Source: Chrysemys picta bellii (Eukaryota). From it: a stretch of DNA of 64,000 bases. The notes below the pieces were generated by a model, which did not search any database, had not been told where the DNA came from, and saw only the letters and a list, made by a program, of their open reading frames with translations. This document shows, piece by piece, positions 50,201 through 62,430 of the stretch; position 1 is the first letter of the stretch, and each line of letters begins with the position of its first letter. Where the stretch lies: contig NC_088801.1 of assembly GCF_011386835.1 (NCBI RefSeq), positions 34,720,001-34,784,000 on the forward strand, read 5' to 3'. The translations under genes and the position numbers were made by a program.

Positions 50201-50662
50201 GTGTGCTAACACTACGTGGGCTATAATAAGACTGAACAAGCATTTCTTAAGGAGCCTGGGATTTACAAAGAAAGTAACGAAGGAAGAATCCCTTGATTTT
50301 CTGGCATCCTATGCCACATAGCTGGACAAGACTGAGCTTTCAATTTGTGAATTTTCACAAGAACAGAGATGCTTAGCACCATTTTAACCCCACCCCCATA
50401 TTACAAGAAAAGTACTTGAGACTCGAGAATTACAAACCTGCTAGAAATGTTTTAATTTTTTTTTTGAGCTGATAAGAATTATATACCATACTAGATAATT
50501 CCATTAGAAGACGCTCACCAGCAGAAAGAACTAGCCTATCAATGAAAGAGACAGTCATAAAATGAGAAAAGAAGGAAATGAGAGATGTGAAATGCCACCC
50601 CTGGAGAAATTTCTTTCGTCAGCACTCTCTAAGCTTGGTCCTTTCAGTTTTTCCACTGACAG

Positions 50663-50863
50663 GATAGGCAGAAAAAATCAGTTTTCAGCCATGATCATAT
50701 CAGGCAGAGAGCTCAAGAAGAACTGGCCAAAGTGTTTGAACAGCTACAATATGACACCCATCTCATTAATGTTAACAGAACTTATGCACCAAGAGACAAT
50801 GCATTCTCATATCTCCTCAATCTGGACCAAAATGGGCCTCTCCAAAGGATTTTCAGGTCCTAG
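50663..50863 (+). CDS. Candidate coding exon (possibly terminal), product unknown
   Basis: Acceptor CTTTCAGTTTTTCCACTGACAG|, then 66 codons DRQKKSVFSHDHIRQRAQEELAKVFEQLQYDTHLINVNRTYAPRDNAFSYLLNLDQNGPLQRIFRS and a stop, with protein-like composition. Confidence 0.33.
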   Translation, partial: DRQKKSVFSHDHIRQRAQEELAKVFEQLQYDTHLINVNRTYAPRDNAFSYLLNLDQNGPLQRIFRS

Positions 50864-51378
50864 ATATTTGAATCAACTTATCTCCACTTCCATCATGATT
50901 CCAATGTCAACAAAAAGAATTCTAATTACTCCAATTTTCAAAATTCTACTTTTCCTCAGTGAGGTTTGTTTTATTTTTGGATAAGTAAACAAAATATTAC
51001 TATTGTTGCATTATCATCCATCATGACACAGGGTGAACAAGTCAATTTTATGCATGGCCTGGTTAAAAAAAAATTATGACAAATCGAACATGTACTGGGT
51101 TAATCAGTGGCTTTAACTAAAGCACAGAACCATTTGTGGATGGTAATTTTTGGAGTGGTTAACTACTCTAGTGCACACACAATAACAACCTGGGGGGAAT
51201 TTTTCCACAGATTTAGCTACCTAGCTAGCAAGTACAAAAAATACACTCCAATGTGCCAGATACATAGCTGGATGTGTGCCATCACTGCTCCAACTGCAGA
51301 AAGGGCCAGCTGCTAGGTGCTTTGCTAACAAGGTATTGGAAGAGGATTCATTAGAAATAAAGGCAACAGAATAATCAC

Positions 51379-51469
<91 letters not shown>

Positions 51470-51470
51470 A
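51379..51470. repeat. (AGAA)23 microsatellite
   Basis: Uninterrupted tetranucleotide array. Confidence 0.97.
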
Positions 51471-51579
51471 TATACTTGTTCTTGCTGTCCGAATTTTATT
51501 CTTTCTTTATACATTCTCCATTGATTTTATGTAGGCAGAACTTGGAGAACACAAGCTTGTTAAGTTTAGTTGCTGAGAA

Positions 51580-52177
51580 TGTAATTGGGACTGAGTGTAT
51601 AAACTCTGCACTAGCAAGGAAGGGGTTAAGGAGCTGCTAGTAGCCCCACCACACTAGGGTTGCCAACCCTCCAGGATTGTCGTGGAGTCTCCAGGAATTA
51701 AAGATTAATCTTTAATTAAAGATTATGTCATGTGATGAAACCTCCAGGAATACATCCAACCAAAATTGGCAACCCTACACCACACCATACCATGCCAGGA
51801 AGAGAGAAGTTTAAAGGGCGGAAGCTCCACTCAGTAGTGGGCAGCCCTGGGAAGGGAGCAAGCCGTTGAGGTTCCCAGCTCCCAGGAAGAGGCCTGGAAA
51901 CTAGCAGAGCCTCTGCCTGCACAGATCTCCTGTGCTACAAAGAGGGAAGAGACCCAGCGAACTTCAGAATGGACTGTGGCCCACTCAGAACCTCTCTGAA
52001 GAAAGAGGCCAAATTTCCTGGCTAGAATTCCCAACAGGATTCTCTCACCACCACAATTACCCCTTTGTTTAATGTCTTTTGCTGACCTGGAATTGTTTGT
52101 TTCTTTCACTGAAAAGGGAAGAAAGAGTCAGAAGGTCTCAGCCAGAGGACTGAGAGTCAGTCATTGCTAGACTGACA
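51580..52177 (+). mobile_element. Probable solo LTR interrupted by a hAT MITE
   Basis: TGTAATT...CTGACA termini and GC-rich interior similar in style to 35196-35863. The TSD is imperfect (GAGAA/TTGAA). Confidence 0.5.
51655..51777. mobile_element. 123-bp hAT-type MITE
   Basis: TIRs TAGGGTTGCCAA / TTGGCAACCCTA and a perfect 8-bp TSD CACCACAC (51647-51654, 51778-51785). Central palindrome AATTAAAGATTAATCTTTAATT. Confidence 0.93.
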
Positions 52178-52284
52178 TTGAACACTTCTACAGGAAGGAC
52201 TAGACTTGTGCTAGTGCACTTTGCACATAGCAGTCAAAAGGAGTTATCTGATGGGGACAGATTCTTGACAGTAATCACCAAGGC

Positions 52285-52350
52285 CCTGATCCAAAGCCCA
52301 CTGAAGTCAATGGGAGTCCTTCCACTGACTTCAATGGGCTTTGAATCAGG
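52285..52350. mobile_element. Short palindromic MITE-like repeat (GAAGTCAATGG family)
   Basis: 29-bp arms CCTGATCCAAAGCCCACTGAAGTCAATGG / CCACTGACTTCAATGGGCTTTGAATCAGG with 3 mismatches. Related decayed copies lie near 24895, 26375, 29590 and 34800. Confidence 0.75.
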
Positions 52351-54088
52351 CACTACAAGTGGTGTTTAGAGATTCTCACAAATGTAGATACTATATGATA
52401 AATGAAGGAAAAGTGACAGGAGATGCTTGTTGCATTAAGTACACCTCAGTGCCTGTGATTTCATAAGCAAGCTGACTGTCCCTGATGCACTAGAATTCTT
52501 GGACAGATGTGGAAAATACAGGTTGTTCCTTAATTGTTTCTTGGTTTTCTTCTAAACTTTTCAGAACTGGCATCCGCATTCCCTGCTGATAGGTGCAATA
52601 TAGGTAGATTAGAGATACAGCAATCTACCTGGTCTAGATCAATTCTAGAGCTAAGTGTCATGACAAGAAGACAACAAAACAAATTACCAAGCCAACACAG
52701 GGCAATTTTAGCCACTTTGTGGGGTCTTCAAGAGAGGTATACTGACAAATTAAATTGATGTTACTCTATTTTAATTTACTTTTTATCAAATATAGAAGAA
52801 TTCTTTGTACCATAAAAAGTAGTATACATCAATAGCCAATGAGTTTATCATGCATAAAAGACAACGATCACAATGCCCAAAGCCAGGGAAGCTTTATGCA
52901 TACTTGTGTCAGACTCTTCAATCTTCAAAGGAGGTCATTCATATAAATTCAGTGAAGACAGCAATGTGTGAATCTGATACTACCTGACCTCACTCCACCT
53001 TCAAAAGCAACTCTAAAAGCTTAAACAGTAAAATTCAAACAAAAAGGCACTTCCGCTGCTGCCAAACAGATAGATAGCCTATGCCTGAACTCAATTTACA
53101 AAACAGAGACATTGTTGTACATTAGCTGCTTTAATAGATTCAAGTTTATGTTCAGAATATACATGTACCTTCAGCAAACTGCACAATGAGAACCAAAGCA
53201 AAAAAAATGCTGACTGAGAAAGTGTCCAATAAGCAGAAGAGACAATATAAAAAGATAATTAACCCATTCCAATAACAATTTTCTTTACCATCTTATTCTT
53301 CAAAAATTGCACAATGGGACCAGTTGTAACACTCCTAATTCCACTATTCCAAAAGTTTAAAATTGTTTTGAACCTGTTCATGCACAATATATTGTAGAAA
53401 CCTGTCAGAAGTTCTGATATAGTCACCCCAAGGTCTAATCCCATTATACTGGATGAAAAACTACAAGCATGAATACAAGACAAGCCCTACCCAAGAAACA
53501 TAAAAAAAATATATAAAGTACTGTAGGTGTCTGGCCTTAAGTGTTGCTAGAACAGTAACAAGCTGCAAGCAATCTATGAATCTAGAAATGGCAGTAAATA
53601 GGATTGCTTTCAGTTTATGAGCTGGTAAGCCTGTTTCATAGAGTAGTTCATGGTGACTGACAGTTAAAACATTGGGTCATCCACGAGTGCTTGTGCTACA
53701 TGCCAAGTGGCACAACGCCATGAAGACTGATGGCATGAAGAGAAAAATCTCACAACAAATGCTCATCTGACGTAGCCACCTAGAGGGAAGATGAACAAAG
53801 GTGGAGAAATAGATCAAAGTTGTAACCATGTCTAGAAAGAAACATCTGAGACTATGAAAACAAAAGTAAACATTGACTTTTTAAAATGTTCCGATGATTG
53901 CCTGAACTATTGACACTGTAGCAATAATTGTGTGCTAAAACCAAACCCCTCTCTCCTCAGAAAGATTTAAAAAGCAACCCTCCTTCAAACTCTTTCCTCT
54001 TGAATGGATTTTTTAATTTCTTTCTCTGATTCTATTCTTCAGAATGGGCAGCAAGTTAATTTTGAGAGAGAGAAGCCTTTTCTTGCAG

Positions 54089-54124
54089 CCACATTTCTAT
54101 GGCCCACATCTATTTCAGGCCCAC
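54089..54124 (+). CDS. Candidate 36-nt micro-exon
   Basis: CCTTTTCTTGCAG| ... CAC|GTAAGA are both strong splice signals; all three frames are open. Confidence 0.25.
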
Positions 54125-55128
54125 GTAAGAGCATGTTCAACCACTGACAATGCTCTGATGTCCTTCTCTCTAATGCTTCATTTTTTTGAACGTGTAGCCA
54201 CTCATGCCAAGGAAGTTTCAGTGGATGGAATTACACAACAGCCTCTTTAAGAATGAAAGGAGGAGTCTGGGGACATATAGGAGAATATATTTTTCAATTG
54301 GCCATGAGGCGGAATGAAAGAGGTGCAAAATGGTGAAATGACGAGAAAGGCCTCCGTTAAATGAGGAAACGAAAACACGCAAACTAAACTAGTCACCAAA
54401 ATTCATGATAATGTCTCAGAAAAACAGATAGGAGTAGGTACTCTGACCTGTTATGAATGGGCAAAAGCAGTGGGTTTAAGGATGGGCCAAAGAATTAAGG
54501 TATATTACTGTTAAATTCTATCAGGACTGAGCACAGTCTGTAGCAAGTCTGTGGAAGGTTAGCAAAAATAATGAGTGGGATTGTGGAGATAATAGGAAAG
54601 GTCAATATAAGAACTAAGCATTACAATTATCATTATAGCCTATTCCCCCAAGCACCTGTGGAATGATGAAGCTGAGTTGAGGTTCTGTCTTTTTCCACTT
54701 AGCTCTAGGTAGTGTCTCTGCAATTTGGCAAACTGTTTTTAAGATGACTTAAAGCAAATATTTATGTAAAGGGAGAACATTGTCTGCTTTCATTTTATTC
54801 TTTTCCCTAAAGTTTGGGGATTAGAGAAGACACCTAAGTACTGAAATACTGATCTTTTACTCTACCGTGGCCAGCATATTCTTACAGGCTGATATTTAAC
54901 CCTGGGCAAAGGGCCAATATCAGGCTTATTAAATACTGAAGTCCCACTTCAGTCCTCAAAATGGGGCTTAATGGGGGCATAGGCCTTGTGCTGGTCCTCT
55001 GCACAAGAGTGAATTTCGCTGATAGAATCCAAGCATATTTAGCCTTTAATTCAAACTCTCACTGCTTTCATTTTACTAACTGCTACAAAACAGTAAGAAA
55101 CTGCATCTAGCAAAAAGCAATGGGAGAC

Positions 55129-55154
55129 GTGTGTGTGTGTGTGTGTGTGTGTGT
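55129..55154. repeat. (GT)13 microsatellite
   Basis: Directly visible. Confidence 0.95.
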
Positions 55155-56657
55155 CTCCAGCCTGAAAGCATTGAAATCTTAGAAAACAAGTTCAGCTAAA
55201 TTATAGAGGGCTCGAAGGGCTGAGAGGTGAAATGGTATAGTCTGCTAAATCCGAGATGACAAGAAAAGAATCATGAGCAGAGATGAGCTGAAAAGAATCA
55301 TTTTTCTGGCTGAAGTGCAGTGTGCCTTCAATGATTTTTAAGGGACATTTTTGAGCATTGCCTATGTTCAAACATACATTTCCAAACAAAAAGAGCACTT
55401 TCAGCATCAAAAGTACAAGTCCTCACCACGCTAAATCTTCTGACTGGTGTCCCAGGCAGAAAAGGGCAGTTGGTGCAGTCTCTCAACACTATCATAAGTC
55501 CCAGCTTCTCTCCCTGCCTCCTCTTCCATTCACCCTACCCCTCCCCGGCTCTCTCCTTTCTCTCTCTCTACACACAGACACACAGCTTGACAACCCATCA
55601 GGTCTCCTGGCTGTGTCAAGTCCACTTCTGCTAATCCACTTGCACTGTGAAACTGTTCTCTTTACTTGCCAGATCAACAAGTGCTTCAAAAGAGCAACTG
55701 GGACAAGTGATTCTGGGGTTTATGAGCCCCAACATCTGCTGCCCATATCAGATTGGAGACATCCAATGGGAGCAAGATGAATAAAAAGGGTGTCTCAACT
55801 GTCATGGGGCCCGGAAATGTGAACCCTTTTGAACAGTGTGAACAGGCAGATGAAGACAGGAGAGTGATTTGGAGCAAGTGTTTTGGCTCTGGATCACGTC
55901 AACAGCCCAGGTATTATTCTAGCAGTGAGAGAGGAAGAGAGTATTATGTTCTGCTTTTGACAGCTTCCCCTTCAGTATGCCTCTTAGATGTGGTACCCTG
56001 GGTAGCTGTCTATTTCTAAGCACCCTCTGTTTCCATCACTGCTTTAAAGGATTGAAAGCTTTCTTTTCACCTGGAAATGTAAATTTGGAGACTGTCAGAG
56101 CATTGCCTAATAAATATTTTTAATCAAAAAACCTAAATTGTAGGGGATACGTTTATAGCAAGCTCCCCTTAATGCAACCCAAAATTTGCAAGCACATCAG
56201 TTTTTATATAAAACCTGCATTTCTGTACATACAACAGTTAATTATTCAAATGATGGCTTGCCCAGTCAACTGTTGTGTGCGCACAAATGTGCATACTGGT
56301 TTAGCTAGCAAATTTTCATCTAAAGGCATGGCTGCACCCTCTTTTATTCATTTAGATTTATACCTAAAAGGTAAAATACACCAGTACTGGGCTCTAGGCA
56401 CCTTGGACATTAAACAAAATCAGGGGAAAAAAACCCACATATAACTCCTTAGCTTCCTCAAAAGAAGAAAAGAAAAGAACTCAGAGGTAAGAATCAAACC
56501 CAAACAGTACCTGAACAATTCCCTGCCATTCTATTCAGCTGTGGATTTTGAGTTGCAAAAATGGGAGCTTAGTATTCACAAGATGGTATTTTGTGACTGG
56601 GTTACACAAAATGAATTTCTACCTATTGCTTTTAGATGAAGTTTATAACATTGTTAT

Positions 56658-57433
56658 CACACATGCCAACTCTTGCACATTTATCGTGAGAGATGCGATT
56701 TCTACGTAAAATTAAGCCTCACTCATGATCTTGGGATAGAATTCTCAAATGTCAAGATTTTTTTTTTTTAAAGCTGTGGCTAAAAAAACAGATCCTGATA
56801 TTTGTGAGTTCTATCCCAAGATCATGAATGAGGCTTAATTTTACTTAGAAATCACTGCGAGCACTGGGCAGCCAGACTCCGGCTGCCAGCCTGGGAAGTG
56901 GGAGAGGGCACCCCACTGCAGCCCCGCCAGTCTTGGAGAGGGTGAAGAAACCTAAGAGGAACAGAGGTAAGGCTGGGAGGACTGAACTATGGCCAGGGGG
57001 CTGACCTGAGAAGGAAGGAGCAGATGGGGCGAGTGCTGGGAGGGTGAACTAACAGTGGTGGGAGTCGATGGGGTAAAGGGACTGATGGGGTGGTAAAGAT
57101 GGGCGCTGGGGGCTGAAGTGAGTGGGGGCTGAATTGACAGGGTTTGGGTGGGGACAGAACTGGTGGGGGGACTGGAGGACAGGATTAATTGCTGGGCAGG
57201 AGATGGGTGGATGTGGGGATGAGAGCTCCTGCAGCAGGGGCCAAAATCATCTTATCCAGTACACATGGGAAAGTGGGCAACACTAACTGTCACATGCACG
57301 CACCCTGTTGATGGGCAGGGAGAGTTCAAAAGTCAAGAGGCTGATCTAAAAACACAATATATATTTTTTTTAATCTCATGAGTTTGGGTGGTCCGATTCA
57401 TGATTTTTGATCTCTTGACGTTGGCAATATTGT
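56658..57433. mobile_element. hAT-like non-autonomous element with an internal long hairpin and G-rich interior
   Basis: TGCCAAC (56664-56670) / GTTGGCA (57420-57426) are inverted termini related to the TAGGGTTGCCAAC type. No clear TSD. Confidence 0.5.
56697..56853. repeat. Inverted repeat, 62-bp arms
   Basis: GATTTCTACGTAAAATTAAGCCTC...GTCAAGAT versus the reverse complement of ATCCTGAT...TTACTTAGAAATC: 6 mismatches in 62, around a T-run/A-run spacer. Confidence 0.92.
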
Positions 57434-60400
57434 GTTATTGACTTCTTCAGGCCTGAATGGTATGTGACCATATTTTATATTATGAGGCTCCAGCTGAAGC
57501 ACCTGTATTGACAACGGTGGCAGTACGGTATCGGGAGAAAGGCAGTCGTCTAGGTAACCAGGGCCCAAACCATAGGCAGATGACATGTGGCAGGTCCATC
57601 GCTGAGACAAGTGGCCCACAAAGGATTGAACTAGCTTCAGCAGTACCATCACACGAGTGGCCCCAAGCCTCTAGACTGCACTTCCTTCAAAAACCAAGGC
57701 CACATTTTTGGGATTGTTCACAGACAGACTGACAAACCAAATAATGGGCTGGGGAGAGGGTATCTGTCCCACACACAGCTCCTTATATTTGTACATGCAA
57801 TGCATACATACAGAGAAAGAGAGAGACAGAATACACACAGAGAGAGTTAAAGATGTGAGATTCCTGTTAGTATACAATCATTCTCTAACACTCTACTCAC
57901 ATTGGGAAATGTCTTCTCATCCTAATTGTCACAATGGCAGTTAGGGATGCTGTCCAGATAGTAAAAGCAGGGATTTCTCCTGGGTCATATGGCATCAGCT
58001 GGAGAAACAGGTTCTTCAGGAGAGCCACAGCTTGAAAAGCTGATAGAGCTTTTCATGTACACCCTGAGCATCAACTGTTAAAACTTCAGCGGATCATGTG
58101 CTCCTGAGTTTCCTGGCATTTGGCCAAAAGCAGCAGGATTCTAAACCAGCAACAATGAGAGTAAAGTAAACTTTTCTCCAGTTCGGGCACCAATGTCAAA
58201 ATCTGGGCAGTCCTCTAGGATAAGGCAGCTAATTTCAGTGGCATATGTCTCAGCTAATTCTGATCTCTCAAACACCAGCTACAGTTATGGGGCAATATCT
58301 GTAGAAATCTAACCTCTCAAGGACACATGCATAGGGAAACAGATGGCTTGCAACAGACTGTTTAATCCCAAATCAAATAACAGAATCAGCACTTCAGGAT
58401 GACTGCTTATATAGACACTTTTTGTCAGACAGTGTGGCCTGTAGCTAGGCATTTTATGCTATAGAACCCCCCCCCCCCCCAAAAAAAAGCGTGTGAGGTG
58501 TGCTAGTTAACAAAAAGGTAAAAGACTAATATTTTAAAAGGCAATTTACCAAAACATTATATACAAGTCTGCTATACTTAGGAGCAGATTAGGACTTGGC
58601 TCAAAAACATTATCTCGTTTGAAATTAAATCTAGTAATGTGTAAAAATGTTGCTTATCCATAGTGATGTATAGTTAAACAGGTATTTCAAGCCTGCAGTT
58701 TAGCTCCCATGCGCGCACACACACACACTTTTTTGGTTTGTTTTTTATTTGTGAAACGGGTTATTTTCATAATCTTGTAAAACTGGGAGGAGTTCCTAAG
58801 GGTACCAAGCAGCAAAAAATACCATTCTTTAAAAATCTTGTAAAAGCATCTCATGTTTCATTGGTACATGAGGAGGCTGGGAAAAGACATGGCAGACCAG
58901 AAAATGGCTAAAAGTCTAAAAGAGTCATACGATCTTGTTCATCATGACAAAAACAGCTTTCATAAATTTTCTGACTACTAAAATTTAAAAGGAGTCAAAA
59001 AATTGTGATTCTACCATTACCACGTGCATAGTTAAAAACAACCAAACAGGCAGCTTGGCCATCTAGCTATTGTATGAGCCTGTCCCATTTTTAATATTTT
59101 ATATTTTAAATATTCATTTTATTTAATAGTTCTTACAAATGAAAGTAACACTGACCTGATTTTGAGGTCCTGAATGGCCACCAAGTAAGCCAATGGGGTC
59201 TGTGGGTGCTTAGCATCTCAGAAAATCAGGCCACATGTTTAGGGGTCCAAATATAGATTTACTTCAGGCACCCAAGTTTCTAACTTCTAGCCCTATTTTT
59301 GATCATTTTAGCCATTGTCTGCAGCTTCTCTTACTTTTAATGCTATCATTATTAGAATCTGTCATGGTCTTAAATAAAAATCAGTCAGGTACCCATGAGG
59401 AAACTTAGGTAACCAGTACAAACCAAAAAATCCACCCTTTAGCCATTTTTCATTAACTAGCAGTTATTATATCATAATGTATTGTTTGTTGGATACCAAC
59501 ACTGTGTTTGGTTGCACGGGGAACAAAGATGGCATGGTCCATGTCCCCCAGGAACTTATAATCAGTCAAACATCCTGAATCTGTTAAAGGCCGGGAGATT
59601 ACTGGAAAGCACTAAACCCTCTCAATTCTCATTAAACAGGGGCCTGAGGACAATCAGCACCTCTCAGAATCAGGAACTTAGTTCATGTCATGAGAATTCC
59701 ATGAAGGCAAGTATGGGAGAGCATCAGTAAACATCTTCTTAGACATCCAGAATTTGAAACAAATACCTTAAAAAATATCAAATGTACAAGTAATCCTATC
59801 GTTTGTCACAGCTCCTAAGCAAGCTGAATCATTTGTCTCTGGCTAAATCAATACTGAACCAATGCCCAAGTATGGGGCTGGTTGGGGCGGAGATATGAGC
59901 TACGGTTGCTTTTAGATGAAATGTAAAAATAAGGTCCTCCTGATCATTTGTGTCATTGTAGATCCCCCAGCAAGAAGAGAAGTGTTAACCTGAGTCCTGG
60001 ACAAATTCTAGCTTGGGCAATTACATTCTGCATTCTTAAAATTGCTCCTCTATTATTTTCATTTCCATTTTTTTCATTTCCTTCCTAAAAACTGTTGAGT
60101 GATGTAACTTCTCTGATTTACTTCAGGTATAGCTGGATTTCAGTGGCGAATGAGCCATACCTAATCACTTTACAGACTGCCTACAGTATTTAGTGTTCCT
60201 TGTAGACTACACATGATGTACAAAGTTATTATTTTAACAGACGGGGAGCTGATGCAAAAGCCACTGTACAGTGAAAACTTTTAGGATCTCAGCAGACTTC
60301 CTCAAAATTTGCAAAACAGAAAAAATGCCATTAGGTGATTTTGCCAAGATAATTTGAAGTGGAACCTAGCAGTTCTTCACTAGCTCCAGTCAATAGTGCT

Positions 60401-61749
60401 TTATGGCTTAGCACCCTTGAAATATTTATTGACAAACAGAGACAACAGAGCAGCAAATGGGTTTTAGCATAGCTAAGAAAAGAGAGATAATCTTTGACAG
60501 AATCAGTAAAATTAAATCCTGACAGAATTCTGAGTGAATCAGTGTGTCAGTTAAATATAAATGACACTGACAAACAATATATATCTGCTTGAAGAGCCTC
60601 TGGTTTGTGCCCCACGTCCCCTTCTGTACTATTGAAATCATGTCCTTATCTCAAGTACTTTTCACATATCAGAGAAGTGGCAAATTTCACAAAGCTTGCA
60701 CTAATGTTACTCATTTCCATTCCAAGTGAAATGCTCTTCAGTAAGTAAACATGAGTATTCAATAATGCTGTTTCTGGAGACAATGGAAAAGCTCCCTGTT
60801 TCAAAATATATTGGTAAATAAATCATTTTAAAAGCATAGGATAATACTGTTGAACACTGAAGGGCTGTATCACTCAAGGCTGAGAATAGTACTGATGTGA
60901 TTTTAAGTACCATGGTTTTTATTTTTTCATTTGCTCATTGTGTTTGACAATACACAATAAGATGTTTGTATTATTACATTTTATAATTCTGTAGGTACTT
61001 GACTATATCATTTGAGAATAATCACATTTTTGTTAAAGCATACTGAACACAGCCAAGTAAGTTGGATTTGGAATGTTTTGCATATTTCTTTTTTCAGAAC
61101 TGTTTTGCACAGCTTTGCAGGCCCTGAAATTAATATTGGATTGGGTTGGAACAACTGTTTTCTCATGCTTACATTTTATTGCGTGCATAGGTAAAGGAAT
61201 GATTATTCAGCCATCAGTAGAGCACAAAGGCCGCAGTCAGAATCAAGACCCTATTATCCTAGGTACTGGATTAACATAGGCCATGATCCTGCAAAGGCAT
61301 ATCCACATGCTTAACTTTACGTGCTTTGAATAGAAATGTACAAATAACTGATTTTTCTGTATTTAAAAAAATTGTTGCAGGTTTAACAAATGTTGAAATG
61401 AAAAGTGTTTCATTTTTGAGGGCTTTTTTTACCTTTTTAAAAATTAAAATGAAGTAAATTTCAAAATTGAAAGCCATTTTCAATTGAAAAAATGAAACAT
61501 TTCATTTAAAAAATGCGTAACTCAGTGTTTAGATTCTTTTTCTAATTTTTGTTTTTTTGACCAAAACATTGTGTCAAATTCAACGTAAATTCACAAACTG
61601 TTACAGTTGACGAAATCTGCATTTTTCAGTGGAAAAAAAGTTTTGTCTCACCAAGCTCTAGTTGTGAACAGTTTCATTCAAATCAAAAGGCCTGCTCACA
61701 TTCATAGAAAACTTAAGCACGCGCATAAGCCTTTGAAGGTTTGGGGCCA

Positions 61750-62430
61750 TAAAGGAATACATGGCCCCTGCTTCTAATAGCTTACAAAAGATATAAAAGA
61801 GATGAAGGTCAGGGAAGTGTGATAAAACAAAATAGCAAAGTGATCAGGATAATAGGAAGACAGCTGTCCTTTTAACAAAAATGTAACTATTATCCCATAC
61901 CAAGGTATCTCCCTACCATCCAGGATCTTTTCAGACAGCAACCCCTTGCCTCTCATTATGAGTTCTGCATCAGTAATAATTCCACTCAGTTTATACAAAT
62001 TAGCAGGTGGCTTGATATCAGAGGAAGAGGCCTCTGATGGCAGAAGACCTTATCAGAGTGGTTGGTCTGAACATGGTTAGACACAATATATATATATGAT
62101 GTTCTCTGGTAAAGTGTTTCATGATCCCAGATCCCATCTCCAAGAAAGCTTAGACCCCTGTGCCCAAGAGTTTTATCTTTGACCTTTGTAGCTGTAAAAT
62201 CCCCGTGGAACTATACATCGTGGATAAAGAGGCAGTCTCTGGCAGAGCTTGGTCTTAGTTCATGAAGGGCCTTGTAGATTAAGACTAGGGCTTTAAATTA
62301 AATCTAGAAACAAACAGGTAATAACCAGTGAAGTTCACAGAGCACTAGTATGAAGCGTTCTTCCCCAGATCTTTTTGTTCAGCATTCATGCTGCTGCATG
62401 CTGCACCAGGCAGAATAAGTTGCAGTGATC
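61750..62430 (-). mobile_element. Old L2-like LINE 3' fragment
   Basis: GAAGGGCCTTGTAGATTAAGACTAGGGCTTTAAATT...ACCAGTGAAG resembles the reverse complement of L2 ORF2 C-terminal sequence; very degenerate. Confidence 0.35.

Noticed and set aside
50562-50984. 140-aa ATG-initiated ORF
   Set aside because: No recognisable domain and an atypical composition; the overlapping frame from 50663 has a better splice context and is reported instead, at low confidence.
51221-51514. ORF with (SFFL)n repeat
   Set aside because: Translation of the (AGAA)n microsatellite.
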